64,000 nucleotides of DNA from Candidatus Micrarchaeota archaeon (GTDB lineage: Archaea; Micrarchaeota; Micrarchaeia; Norongarragalinales; UBA8480). The position numbers were made by a program, and so were the translations under genes. Where the stretch lies: assembly GCA_021812145.1 (NCBI GenBank), contig JAKAOM010000001.1, forward strand, positions 21,898 to 85,897, written 5' to 3'. Positions within the stretch are counted from its first letter, which is position 1, and the number at the start of each line of letters is the position of its first letter. Below, piece by piece: positions 52,559 to 62,590 of this stretch. The notes below the pieces were generated by a model. The model ran no database searches, was not told the DNA's origin, and was given only the letters and a program-made list of their open reading frames with translations.

Positions 52559-55500
52559 TTGTTTGTTGAGGAATTGGTTTTGAAAAATTTTAAGTCTTTT
52601 AAAAGCGTCACGTTGAGGTTTGACCGGGGTTTTAATCTGGTTTTGGGGCCTAATGGGAGTGGGAAGAGCAATGTGATGGATGCTTTGCGTTTCGTTTTCG
52701 GAGAGAAAAGCTTGAGAAGTATGAGAGCTAGGAACGTTTCGCAACTTATTTTCAACGGAGCTGGTTTGGCTGAGATTGAAGTTAAGTTGAGGGGAGGGGA
52801 GGGGGAGCTGCATATTCTGAAGCGTTTTATCAGGAAGGATGGGAAGACAAAGTACAAGCTTGACGGGAAGGTGGTTAAGCGTTATGACGTGGTTGAGTTT
52901 TTGACTATTAACCGGTTGTATATGAGTAACTTTATCATTCAAGGGGAAATTGAAAGGATTGTTCAGATGAGCACTAGAGAGAGAAGGGGATTAGTTGATG
53001 ATGTTTCTAATGTTGGCGAGTATGAGCTGAAGAAGCAGGAGGCGATGAGAGAGCTTGGAGTAGTTCAGAGCAATCTTGGAGAAGCTAGCGTTTCTCTGGG
53101 TGAGAGAAAGGGTTATTTGGAGGAGTTGAAAAGGGATAAGGAGGCTGCTGAGAAGTTTTTGCGTTTGAAGAGGGAGCGCGACGAGTTGGAAGCGAGCCTT
53201 GTTTACATTGATGTAAGCGTTTTGGAGAAGGAGTTGGAGGGTTTGGTTTCCAATCTTGTAGAAGCTAAAAGAAGCGTTGAATCTTTGGATGGCGAGATAT
53301 CTGTTTTGAAGGGCAGGGTTGAAGAGAAGACTGCTGAGTTGGCTGATTTGAATGCAAAGATTCTTGCAGGCAGCGAGGGTGAGAAGGCCTCTTTGGAAAG
53401 GGAGTCTGCTCAGCTTGAAGCCAAAGTGGGAGAGTTGAAGAACAGGATTGTTGAATTTAACGGAAAGATTGAAACTGGTTTGAAGGAAGAGCGTGAGTTG
53501 AAGGGTTTGGTTTTGCGTTCGTCTGACGAGCTGGATGGTTTGAAGAGACAGTTGAAGGAGAAGACTGCTGAGTTTGAAAGGCAGGAGAAGCTAGTTTCTG
53601 ATTTGACCGTAAAAGTAGAGGAGAAGGAGAAGAGTTCAACCAGTTTCGGAAAGGATTATTTTAAGAACAAGGCTTTTATTCAGAAAACCGAGGAGGAGAT
53701 TGCAGGTTTGAATGTAGAACTGCAGAAATTGCAGGGTTTGAATGCAGAGTTGGAGGGTTTTAGGAAGGCTAAACTTTCAGAGCTTGACTTGTTCAAGAAG
53801 GGAGGGGCGGATTCTGAAGGAGGTTTGGAGGATATAGCTGATAGAAAGGTTTCGCTTGGAAAACGTCTGGATGGTTTGAATTCGGAACTGAAAAGTTTTG
53901 GCGAAAAGATCGCGAAGTCAGAGGAGAAGAAAGCTTTTTTGGAGGGTGAAATTCTGAAGGCCAGGGAGAAGGTTGGTGTTTTAGCTTCTCAGCAGTCGGG
54001 GGTTTCTGCTGTGAGCGAGGGTTTGAAGGGTTTTAAGGGGGTTTATGGAGTGGTGGGAGAGTTGTGTGGTTATGAGGGTTTGAGCGTTCCTGTTGAAGTC
54101 TCTTTGGGGGGGCGTTTTAATTTTTTTGTTGTAGACAGTGTAGATGTTGCTGTTAAAGCAGTTAGTTTTTTGAAGACGAACAAGTTGGGAAGGGCTTCTT
54201 TTATTCCTTTGGATAAAGTTAAGTCTGACGTTAGGAGTGCCGGCGCTGAAAAAGTTTGCGACGCGCTTGGCAATGATTGCGAGGGTTTTCTAGTTGACTT
54301 GGTGCGCTTTGATAAGAAGTTTGACAAGGTCTTCAGGTTTGTTTTCGGGGACACGCTTTTGGTTAAGAGTGTGGACGCGTGCAAGTCTTTTATTGGGAGG
54401 GCGAGAATGGTGACTCGTGAAGGCGAGCTTTTTGAAACATCTGGTCTGGTAAGTGGAGGGGTTTGGAAGAGTAGTGGTTTGGCCTTAAGAAGGGAGGGTT
54501 TGGAGTTGGAAGCGAGGTTGAAGCGTTTGGAGGGGGAGAGGAAGGATTTGCTTGCAGAGTTGAGCGATTTAACCCTTTCTGTGGACAAACTTCGCGGGGA
54601 GAAAGGCAGGGTTGAAGTGGATTTGCAGGTGGTTGTTTTTGAGGAGAAGAGCGCTTTGGAGAGAAAGGGAAAGTTTGAGTTGGCTGAAAAGGAGAAGAAG
54701 GAGAAGCTTAGAATTTTAAATGATGAGTTGAAGATTTTTGAGAAGCGTTTGGAGGAGAATTCGGTGGATAGGAAGCGTGTTATTTCAAAAATTTCTGAGT
54801 TGAATGTTGAGCTTGTTGATGCCAGAAGCAGGGTTGACGTGGATAGGGAGAAGGATTTGAATCTAGAGTTGAAGTCGCTTGAGAAGAGTTTGGGTGAGTT
54901 GAAGGATTCAAGGAATAAATTGAGTGTGGAGGTGCAGGTTTTGAAGGGCAGGGTCGGCCTTTCAGAGAAGGAGTTGAATTCGCTTAACGACAGGGAGGGT
55001 AAGTTTAAGGACGAAGAGACTGGTTTTGGGAAGAGTGTTAAAACTTTTGAGGCTGAGTTGAAGGGTTTTGAAGCAAGGTTGGTGGTTGTAAAAAAGAGTT
55101 TGGGTGAGCTTTCATCAACTACAAGCGTTTTGGAAAAGAAGCGCGGCGAGGTGGGAGCTGAGATTAGCGTTCTTTCAAATAAGAAGGGTTCTCTTGAGTT
55201 TAAGAGAGGTGAATTGCTTTCAAAGATTGGAGTTTTTGAAACCAAGAAGGCGGTTTGCGAGGCTAATCTTGTTAACAAGAAGGAATTGTTTTCTGCCTTT
55301 GAGGGTTTGAATTTGACTTTTAGCGTTACTGTTGAGGACAAGCCGCGTTTGCTTGCCCGTTTGAAGGAGGTTCAGTCTGATCTTCCAGACGAGACCAAAG
55401 TTAATTTGAAGGCTATTGAGGAGTTTGGCTTGAAGGTTGGAGAGGTTGAGGAGTTGAGCGGCAGGGTTAAAGTGCTGGAGGGCGAGCGTGCTTCGATTCT

Positions 55501-55984
55501 TGGATTGATTGAAGAAACGGAGGAGAGGAAGATTTCGACTTTCATGAACGTTTTTAATTTTATCAACTCGAATTTTCAGAAGTTGTTCTCGCAGATTTTT
55601 GAAGGGGAGGGCAAGCTTGTTCTGGATGACGAGAAGAATCCTTTCAATGGTGGTTTGTCTATAAAGGTTAGTTTGAAGAGCAAGGGGGTTAGTTTTCTTG
55701 ATTTGATGAGCGGAGGTGAGAAGAGTCTGATAGCGCTTATTTTCCTTTTCTCAATTCAGTCCTACAACCCTTCGAGCGTTTATGTTTTGGATGAGGCTGA
55801 CGCGGCTTTGGATCACGAGAATGCCCAGCGTTTGTCTGTTTTGGTTAAAAAGTTAAGCGCTGACTCTCAGTTTTTCATTATTTCGCACAATCAAAGCGTT
55901 TTCAGGGAGGCGGATTGCTTGATAGGGGTTTCGATGGTCGGCGGCGAGAGCAGGTTGGTGGAGGTAAGCGTTAGCGAGTCTTAA
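52559..55984 (+). CDS. smc: chromosome segregation protein SMC
   Basis: N-terminal Walker A GPNGSGKSN, long coiled coils, hinge, C-terminal LSGGEKSL…VLDEADAALD. Confidence 0.9.
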   Translation: MFVEELVLKNFKSFKSVTLRFDRGFNLVLGPNGSGKSNVMDALRFVFGEKSLRSMRARNVSQLIFNGAGLAEIEVKLRGGEGELHILKRFIRKDGKTKYKLDGKVVKRYDVVEFLTINRLYMSNFIIQGEIERIVQMSTRERRGLVDDVSNVGEYELKKQEAMRELGVVQSNLGEASVSLGERKGYLEELKRDKEAAEKFLRLKRERDELEASLVYIDVSVLEKELEGLVSNLVEAKRSVESLDGEISVLKGRVEEKTAELADLNAKILAGSEGEKASLERESAQLEAKVGELKNRIVEFNGKIETGLKEERELKGLVLRSSDELDGLKRQLKEKTAEFERQEKLVSDLTVKVEEKEKSSTSFGKDYFKNKAFIQKTEEEIAGLNVELQKLQGLNAELEGFRKAKLSELDLFKKGGADSEGGLEDIADRKVSLGKRLDGLNSELKSFGEKIAKSEEKKAFLEGEILKAREKVGVLASQQSGVSAVSEGLKGFKGVYGVVGELCGYEGLSVPVEVSLGGRFNFFVVDSVDVAVKAVSFLKTNKLGRASFIPLDKVKSDVRSAGAEKVCDALGNDCEGFLVDLVRFDKKFDKVFRFVFGDTLLVKSVDACKSFIGRARMVTREGELFETSGLVSGGVWKSSGLALRREGLELEARLKRLEGERKDLLAELSDLTLSVDKLRGEKGRVEVDLQVVVFEEKSALERKGKFELAEKEKKEKLRILNDELKIFEKRLEENSVDRKRVISKISELNVELVDARSRVDVDREKDLNLELKSLEKSLGELKDSRNKLSVEVQVLKGRVGLSEKELNSLNDREGKFKDEETGFGKSVKTFEAELKGFEARLVVVKKSLGELSSTTSVLEKKRGEVGAEISVLSNKKGSLEFKRGELLSKIGVFETKKAVCEANLVNKKELFSAFEGLNLTFSVTVEDKPRLLARLKEVQSDLPDETKVNLKAIEEFGLKVGEVEELSGRVKVLEGERASILGLIEETEERKISTFMNVFNFINSNFQKLFSQIFEGEGKLVLDDEKNPFNGGLSIKVSLKSKGVSFLDLMSGGEKSLIALIFLFSIQSYNPSSVYVLDEADAALDHENAQRLSVLVKKLSADSQFFIISHNQSVFREADCLIGVSMVGGESRLVEVSVSES

Positions 55985-56129
55985 CCTGTTTTTATATATT
56001 AGAAATCAGGCATAGGACCATTAAGTCTTGAATTTGTTCAGGCGAAAGGTATTTATTTTTTGCGAGTTTAAATTCTCTGCATTGTAGAAACTTTTTCTGT
56101 AAGTTTTGTAAATTAATTGTGATTTTAAA

Positions 56130-56780
56130 ATGGCTTTAAGACCGGCTAGAACTATTACCACTCCAAAGGGTCAGGTTTGGGCGCGTATTTCGCAGAAGGT
56201 TCCTAGGAAGTCTTATGTCAAGGGGGCTCCAAGGCCTAAAATTAGGCAGTATGACATGGGGGTTGACAAGCGTTTTGATGTAGAAGTAACTCTTGTTTGT
56301 CTTGAGGATACTAATATCAGGGACAATGCTGTTGAAGCGGCTAGGCAAACTGCGGTTAAGTTTTTGGAGAAGAACTTGCTTGGAGGTTTCTTCTTCAAGA
56401 TTTTGAAGTACCCTCATTTGGTCATTAGAGAGCACGCCAGTCTTGGGGTTGCGGGCGCCGACAGAATTTCCAAGGGCATGAAGCTTGCTTTCGGTAAGCC
56501 TAAGGGAAGGATGGTTTTTGTTAAGAAGGGGGAGGCTTTGCTTAGGGTTAATTGTTACAATTCCGGCGTTAAGTTTGCCATGAAGGGTTTGACTAAAGCC
56601 AGGTTGAAACTTTCCGGCTTGTGGATTATTAAAACTAGGGATATTACTGCTGATAGGGTTAATCTTTCAAAGAGCGTTGAAGGAGTGCAGATGAAGAAGA
56701 TAGAGGAGAAGAAGGAGGAGAAGCCTGTTGAGAAGGCAGCCGAGGTTAAGACTGAAACCCCTGCCGCTGAAGGTAGTTAA
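56130..56780 (+). CDS. rpl10e: 50S ribosomal protein L10e (uL16) with KE-rich C-terminal tail
   Basis: MALRPARTITTPKGQVW…KGAPRPKIRQYDMG. Confidence 0.8.
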   Translation: MALRPARTITTPKGQVWARISQKVPRKSYVKGAPRPKIRQYDMGVDKRFDVEVTLVCLEDTNIRDNAVEAARQTAVKFLEKNLLGGFFFKILKYPHLVIREHASLGVAGADRISKGMKLAFGKPKGRMVFVKKGEALLRVNCYNSGVKFAMKGLTKARLKLSGLWIIKTRDITADRVNLSKSVEGVQMKKIEEKKEEKPVEKAAEVKTETPAAEGS

Positions 56781-56841
56781 ATTTTATCTTTTTTTACAAT
56801 CTTGTGTATTTTTAATTCTTTTTCTTTTTAATTAATGGTTT

Positions 56842-57948
56842 ATGGATGTTTACATTTACGCCCCTTGGATTTATCAGCGGGGCGGGGCCGAGCGGGTTGT
56901 GATTGATCTTGCCAAGAGTTTGAATGCTAAAAAGATTTTCACAAGCCATTTTGAACCTGAAAACACCTTTGATGATTTTAAGAGTTTGAATGTAGTTCAG
57001 GTAGGGTACATTCCTGTTGTTAAGAATTTTGTAAGTTTAACTGTAGTTTCGCTGAAGTTGATTTTTCAAAAACTTCCTATTGAGAAAGACTCTGTTTTGG
57101 TTGTTTCAACCGGTGGTTTTGGAGAGTTTATAACTTTCAGGAATAGGGTTTCAAGGGTTGCTTGTTTTTGCCACACTCCCTTGAGGGCGATTCATGATGA
57201 GGTTTTTCAAAAGGATTATTTTAGAAGAAGAGGATTATTCTTCAGGTTTTTATTTGAATTTTTCAGGATTCCTTATGTTTTTTTCGAAAGGTTGGCTTTC
57301 TCTAATTTTGACGTTGTGATTGCTAACAGTTTGAACACTAGAAGCAGGCTTGCCAGCGCGGGGTTAGGTGACAGCGTGGTGGTTTACCCTGGTGTTGAAA
57401 GCGTAAATGCTAAGCCTGTTTTTAAGAATTTTTTTCTTGCCGCAGGCCGGTTTATATCCTATAAAAATTTTGAGTTGGCTATCCGTTCCTTCATAATTTT
57501 TAAAGAGCGGGGTGGAAATAAGAATTTTAAGCTTGTGCTTGCCGGTGGTTTAAGCGACATCAATAATAATTATTTTTCGCTTCTTAAGCGTTTGGCGAGG
57601 GGGAGGGGCGACATTATCTTTGTGGTTAACCCTTCAGAATCACGTTTGAAGAAGCTTTATTCAGAGTGCTTCGCTTTTTTGTTTCCTGCCTTGAATGAGG
57701 ATTTTGGGATTGTTCCGGTTGAGGCTATGAGTTTTGGAAAACAGGTTATTGCATTGAACGAAGGAGGAGTAAAGGAAACAGTTGTTAACGGAGTTACTGG
57801 CAGGCTTTGCGCTGGCGATGAAAGTTTTGCTGACGCGATGATTAATTTGAGAAATTCAACAAAGACTTTCAACGAGTGTGTTAAAAGGGCGGGGGCTTTC
57901 TCAAAGACTTCTTTTAGTGAAAAAATTAGAAAGGCGGTTTTAACCTAA
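56842..57948 (+). CDS. GT4-family glycosyltransferase
   Basis: FLFPALNEDFGIVPVEAMSFGKQVIALNEGGVKETV. Confidence 0.6.
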   Translation: MDVYIYAPWIYQRGGAERVVIDLAKSLNAKKIFTSHFEPENTFDDFKSLNVVQVGYIPVVKNFVSLTVVSLKLIFQKLPIEKDSVLVVSTGGFGEFITFRNRVSRVACFCHTPLRAIHDEVFQKDYFRRRGLFFRFLFEFFRIPYVFFERLAFSNFDVVIANSLNTRSRLASAGLGDSVVVYPGVESVNAKPVFKNFFLAAGRFISYKNFELAIRSFIIFKERGGNKNFKLVLAGGLSDINNNYFSLLKRLARGRGDIIFVVNPSESRLKKLYSECFAFLFPALNEDFGIVPVEAMSFGKQVIALNEGGVKETVVNGVTGRLCAGDESFADAMINLRNSTKTFNECVKRAGAFSKTSFSEKIRKAVLT

Positions 57949-58033
57949 ATTTTAAAGCGTTTTACCCTGTTTTTTTGTCAATCGCGTTTTTTGAACGAAA
58001 CTATTTTAAACTTCCTTTGCATAGCTTTTTTGC

Positions 58034-60340
58034 ATGAAAAACGTTTATTGGTTTAGCGAGATTTCTAAAACAGATATTGGAATTGCAGGAGGCAAGGGTG
58101 CTAATTTGGGAGAGATGTTTCAGGCTGGTTTGCCTGTTCCTGATGGCTTTATTGTGGGGAGCGAGTCTTATTTTGATTTTATCCGGAGTACGGGCGTTGA
58201 CAAGATAATCAAGAGTTCTGAGGAGGGTTTGAATGTGGAGGATGAGTTGGCTTTGAATAAGGTCAGCGATTATATTAAGAGCGTTATTGTTGGAACTGCT
58301 GTTTCGAATGATTTGAGGGTTGATATTGTTAAAGCTTACAACAAGCTTTGCGGGGTGGATTTGATACCTTCTTCTTCTCAGGAGGTTTTGGTTGCAGTGA
58401 GAAGCAGTGCTACTGCAGAAGATCTTCCCGAAGCCAGTTTTGCAGGACAGCAGGCTACTTTTGTTAACGTTAAGGGCGCTGACGCTCTTGTGGAAGCGGT
58501 TAGGAAGTGCTGGGCTAGCTTGTTTGAGGCTAGAGCAATTTATTACAGGAAATTGAATAATTTTGACGATTTGAGGGTTGGTATTGCGGTTGTTGTTCAG
58601 AGAATGGTGGAGAGTGAGAAGAGCGGGGTTATGTTCAGCGTTAATCCTGTGTCAGGAGAAAACGTTATTATGATTGAGGCTGGTTTTGGTTTGGGGGAGG
58701 CAGTGGTTAGCGGTGCCATTAATCCGGATAGGTATATAGTGGATAAGAATTCTTTCAAGGTTTTGAATGTTAACATTGCAAGGCAGGAGGTTATGCTTGT
58801 TAAGGGAAAGGTTAAAGACGAGTGGCTGGAGGTGCCAGAGGAGTTGCAGGAGAAGCAGAAGCTTTCTACTTCTGAAATTGCCGAGCTTGCGGGTTTGGGG
58901 GTTAAGATAGAGCAGCATTATGGTTTTCCGCAGGATATGGAGTGGGCGGTTGAAGGAGGAAAAGTTTTCATTGTTCAGAGTCGTGCTATTACAACTCTTA
59001 AAAAGATAGGTGTTGATGTTTCGAAAAGCAGTGCTTCGGCAGGTGGTGAAAGTGTGGCTGAGAATGTTTTGATTCAGGGTTTTGGCGCTTCTCCTGGAGT
59101 TGGTTCCGGAGTTGCTAGGGTTATTCTTGATGTTAAGGAGTTGTACAAATTGAAGAATGGAGAGGTTTTGGTTACCAAGATGACCACTCCTGATTTTGTT
59201 CCTGCGATGAAGAGGGCCAGCGCTATAGTTACTGACGAGGGAGGAATTACCTGCCATGCTGCCATTGTTTCAAGAGAGCTGGGAGTTCCGTGCATTGTTG
59301 GAACTGAGAAGGCCACCAAGATTTTGAAGGATGGGGAGATGATTACTGTTGATGCCGGCAGTGGAGTGGTTTTGGAGGGTGAAGTTAAGAGGGAGGGTCC
59401 GGTTAAGGAGGCTGTTGCCGTGGGAGGGGGCAGGGTTTCTACTGGAACCAAGATTTACGTTAATCTTGCAGAGCCTGAGAGCGCTGAGAAGATTGCTGCC
59501 ATGAATGTTGACGGGGTTGGCTTGTTGAGGGCTGAGTTTATGATCGCTGGTTTCGGCAAGCACCCTAAAATGTTGTTAAAAGAAGGAAGGGGGCAAGAGT
59601 TTGTTGACATGCTTGTTAAGGGTTTGAGGAAGTTCTGCGCTGCTTTCAGCCCCAGGCCTATTATCTACCGAGCTACTGATTTTAAGACGAATGAGTACCG
59701 CAATCTTGAAGGCGGCGCCGAGTTTGAGCCTCAGGAGGATAATCCTATGATTGGTTTTAGAGGTTGTTTTCGTTATGTTAAGGATCCCGAGGTTTTTAAC
59801 TTGGAGTTGGAGGCGGTTAGAAAAGTGAGGGAGCAGGGTTTCAAGAATTTGTGGCTGATGATTCCTGTTGTTAGAACCGTTCATGAGTTCAAGTTGGTTA
59901 AAGGTTTGGTGGAGAAGGGAGGTTTGTTTCAATCGCATGATTTTAAGTTAGGTATTATGTGCGAGGTTCCGTCAACCGTGATTTTAGCTGAGGAGTTCTG
60001 CAAGGCTGGAGCTGATTTTTTCAGTATTGGCTCCAATGATTTGACCCAGCTTACTTTGGGTGTTGATAGGGATAATCCTATTGTGGCTGAGGATTTTGAC
60101 GAGCGGGATGAAAGCGTTTTGCGTTCTATAGAGCACGTTATTAAGACTTGCCACCGTTTCAACGTTAAGGTTGGTATTTGCGGTCAGGCGCCTTCTGAGT
60201 ACCGAGAGTTTGCTGAGAAGCTTGTTGGTTTCGGAATTGACAGCATTTCTGTTAATCCTGATGTTATCGACGTTACCAGAAACGTGGTTGCCAGCGCTGA
60301 GTTGAGAGTTTTGCTTGACAAGGCGGTTGGCAAGGATTGA
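58034..60340 (+). CDS. ppsA: phosphoenolpyruvate synthase
   Basis: IGIAGGKGANLGEM…; phospho-His domain ITCHAAIVSRELGVPCIVG; C-terminal PEP-utilising TIM barrel. Confidence 0.9.
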   Translation: MKNVYWFSEISKTDIGIAGGKGANLGEMFQAGLPVPDGFIVGSESYFDFIRSTGVDKIIKSSEEGLNVEDELALNKVSDYIKSVIVGTAVSNDLRVDIVKAYNKLCGVDLIPSSSQEVLVAVRSSATAEDLPEASFAGQQATFVNVKGADALVEAVRKCWASLFEARAIYYRKLNNFDDLRVGIAVVVQRMVESEKSGVMFSVNPVSGENVIMIEAGFGLGEAVVSGAINPDRYIVDKNSFKVLNVNIARQEVMLVKGKVKDEWLEVPEELQEKQKLSTSEIAELAGLGVKIEQHYGFPQDMEWAVEGGKVFIVQSRAITTLKKIGVDVSKSSASAGGESVAENVLIQGFGASPGVGSGVARVILDVKELYKLKNGEVLVTKMTTPDFVPAMKRASAIVTDEGGITCHAAIVSRELGVPCIVGTEKATKILKDGEMITVDAGSGVVLEGEVKREGPVKEAVAVGGGRVSTGTKIYVNLAEPESAEKIAAMNVDGVGLLRAEFMIAGFGKHPKMLLKEGRGQEFVDMLVKGLRKFCAAFSPRPIIYRATDFKTNEYRNLEGGAEFEPQEDNPMIGFRGCFRYVKDPEVFNLELEAVRKVREQGFKNLWLMIPVVRTVHEFKLVKGLVEKGGLFQSHDFKLGIMCEVPSTVILAEEFCKAGADFFSIGSNDLTQLTLGVDRDNPIVAEDFDERDESVLRSIEHVIKTCHRFNVKVGICGQAPSEYREFAEKLVGFGIDSISVNPDVIDVTRNVVASAELRVLLDKAVGKD

Positions 60341-60372
60341 TTTTTTTTACGTTTTGTTTTTCTAGTCTAGTT

Positions 60373-61698
60373 TTATCTGTATTTCAGTAGGGCGTTTTCT
60401 TTAAGGCCCTGTATTGCGTTTGTTGTTGTTACCGTTCTTGAGAGGCTTGGCGAGTGTTTTTGTGGTTTTTTAGCCAGTATTAGCGTTACCTCGTCGTTGT
60501 TTTTGAGGGTGGTTTCTTTTCCAGCGTTTTTGTTGTTTATTATCCCGCCTTGTACGTAATGTCCTAGGTGGATGCTTTGGTTTTTTTGTTTTGGCGTGTT
60601 GTATGCCGCGTCTAGAATTGTTGAGTTTTTTGGCAGGTTGAGCTCGTGGATTTTTCCTTCGGCGTTTACTTTTATGTTTATCAGGTCGTACTTGTTTGAC
60701 TCGTCTATTAACTGCATTGCCTCTTTTTCCTTGTTTTGGTCATACAGCACTATTGCCTTTTTTGCCACTTCTATTTTTGGGTCTAGCTGGCGGTTTAGCC
60801 CGCTTTTGTAGAACGCGTGTTTTATGTTTTCGTTTTCTTGTATTTCTTCATGCATTTTTTTTGTTCTAATCTGCACTTCGAATGGCGTTCCGTCTTTCTT
60901 TTTCATTGTCAAGTGCAGTGATTGATATCCGTTTGGTTTTTGGTTTTTTATGTAGTCCTTTTCTTCAATCGTTTCACCGATTTGTTTCACTATTTTTTTT
61001 GCTTTTTCTATTTCTTCGTTTTTTTCAACTATTATTCTCATTCCTATATAGTCCTTTACTTCTCTTTTTTTGTAGAATATGCTTGCCGGGCTTTTTACCC
61101 TTGACTCTATTTGAAAGTTAATTCCATCGCTTGTTAGTTTTTCGTTGATTTCGTTTCTTATTACGTGCATTTTTTCCTCAAAGTTTTGTTTTTGTATGAA
61201 TTTTTTTATTTTATCGTATTGTTTTGGTTCTTTTATTTGGAATGCCTTGTTTATCATTTCGTTTGCCATTTGATGCATTCCTAGAAGCTCTGCTATTGGC
61301 GCGTATATTTTCAGCGTTCTTTCTGCTGCATTGTTTTTTTGTTGGGTGTTTGTTTTTGGGTTTGTTATTCTTTCCCTTTGGTCGATCAATCGTAGTAGGA
61401 ATATTTTAGGATTTAGTGTAACGTCTTCTAGGTTTGATTTAAACTCGTTGTTTTCTTGTTTTATGAAATGTTGCTGGAAGTGGTGGACGAGTTCTCTAGC
61501 TTCCTGGTCTACTTTGTAGTTTGATTGCTGTGGAATTTCATAGAATTTAACTCCGTGAAATAGTGCGGCGGTTATCAGAGCCGCGTCGGCTTTTTTTTCA
61601 TATAGCGTTTTGGCAGTGTTTATATAATGAGTGTAGTCGTCTCCGTATGCTTGCTTGGCTTGGTTTATTTGTTTTTTGTATTCTTCTTCAAATGTCAC
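60373..61698 (-). CDS. RelA/SpoT-homolog (RSH): degenerate HD, (p)ppGpp-synthetase domain, TGS domain
   Basis: synthetase block DYIGMRIIV…KPNGYQSLHLTM…EVQIRTKKMHE; HD motif degraded to AALFHGVKF; C-terminal TGS-like …HLGHYVQGGIINNK…. Confidence 0.6.
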   Translation of the reverse strand: MTFEEEYKKQINQAKQAYGDDYTHYINTAKTLYEKKADAALITAALFHGVKFYEIPQQSNYKVDQEARELVHHFQQHFIKQENNEFKSNLEDVTLNPKIFLLRLIDQRERITNPKTNTQQKNNAAERTLKIYAPIAELLGMHQMANEMINKAFQIKEPKQYDKIKKFIQKQNFEEKMHVIRNEINEKLTSDGINFQIESRVKSPASIFYKKREVKDYIGMRIIVEKNEEIEKAKKIVKQIGETIEEKDYIKNQKPNGYQSLHLTMKKKDGTPFEVQIRTKKMHEEIQENENIKHAFYKSGLNRQLDPKIEVAKKAIVLYDQNKEKEAMQLIDESNKYDLINIKVNAEGKIHELNLPKNSTILDAAYNTPKQKNQSIHLGHYVQGGIINNKNAGKETTLKNNDEVTLILAKKPQKHSPSLSRTVTTTNAIQGLKENALLKYR

Positions 61699-61724
61699 TA
61701 GGTTTTTTTGGTTTTAAAAGCTTT

Positions 61725-62570
61725 TTATTTTTTCCCCTGCGTTTTTGCTTTCCCGTTTGAGCCGCAGACCTTTATTCTGTCTATACAGGTTTTTTTCATG
61801 GCTTCCCTTGCTTTTGTCAGGTGAGTCCTTGGGTTTATGTCCGGATTTTCGTTTAGCGATTTTTTAAGCGCAAGTGTGAATGATTTTCTTAGTTGCGTGT
61901 CCATGTTTATCTTCCTTATTCCTAGCTTAACTGCCTTTTTGATTTGTTCGTCTGAAACTCCCGAGCTTCCATGCAGCACAAGCGGGGCCGGAATTTCCTC
62001 ATTTATCTCTTTAAGCAGTTGGAAGTTAAGCTTGAGTTTTTTTTCACTCCACCCATGGCTGTTTCCTATGCTTACTGCGAGTGCGTCGGGTTTGGTGAGT
62101 TTGTAGAAGCGCAGCGCGTCTTCCGGACTGGTGTATTTTGCCTCTTTTTCTTCAACGTAGTCTTCTTTTCCTGCCAGCGCGCCTATTTCAAGTTCTATTG
62201 GAAGGCCTGGCGCTGCTTTTTTTGCTTGCAGCGATATTTTCACGTTTTCTTCAAATGGTTTGGATGATCCATCGAGCATTATGGAAGAGAATCCGTTTTT
62301 AAAGCATTTTTTTACCGTTTCAAGGTTTTTACCATGGTCTAGGTGCAGACCTACTGGTATTTTGGTTTTGCTTATTGCTTTTAGCGCGTAGGCTGCGAAT
62401 TCTTCCAATCCAGCGTATTCAAGAGCGCTTTCTGAAGCTTGGATTATTAATGGTGATTGTGTTTCTTCGCCTGCCTGTATTATTGCTTGTATTGTTTCTG
62501 AGTTGTAGGCGTTGAACGCTGGCACTGCGTAGTCGTTTTTAAGTAGTGTTCTAAGGTTTGCCAGCGTCAT
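61725..62570 (-). CDS. fba: class II fructose/ketose-bisphosphate aldolase
   Basis: PVGLHLDHGK…MLDGS…VLHGSSGVSDEQIKKAVKLGIRKINMDTQL. Confidence 0.8.
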   Translation of the reverse strand: MTLANLRTLLKNDYAVPAFNAYNSETIQAIIQAGEETQSPLIIQASESALEYAGLEEFAAYALKAISKTKIPVGLHLDHGKNLETVKKCFKNGFSSIMLDGSSKPFEENVKISLQAKKAAPGLPIELEIGALAGKEDYVEEKEAKYTSPEDALRFYKLTKPDALAVSIGNSHGWSEKKLKLNFQLLKEINEEIPAPLVLHGSSGVSDEQIKKAVKLGIRKINMDTQLRKSFTLALKKSLNENPDINPRTHLTKAREAMKKTCIDRIKVCGSNGKAKTQGKK

Positions 62571-62590
62571 TTCAACTTACTATCCTATTT

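Noticed and set aside
54070-55341. 423-aa minus-strand ORF (plus 53457..53639, 55372..55566) inside smc
   Set aside because: Antisense of SMC coiled-coil region (Ser/Leu/Phe-rich), no start context; SMC frame is unambiguous
58652-59563. Three minus-strand ORFs (97-201 aa) inside ppsA
   Set aside because: Antisense to a highly conserved PEP synthase frame
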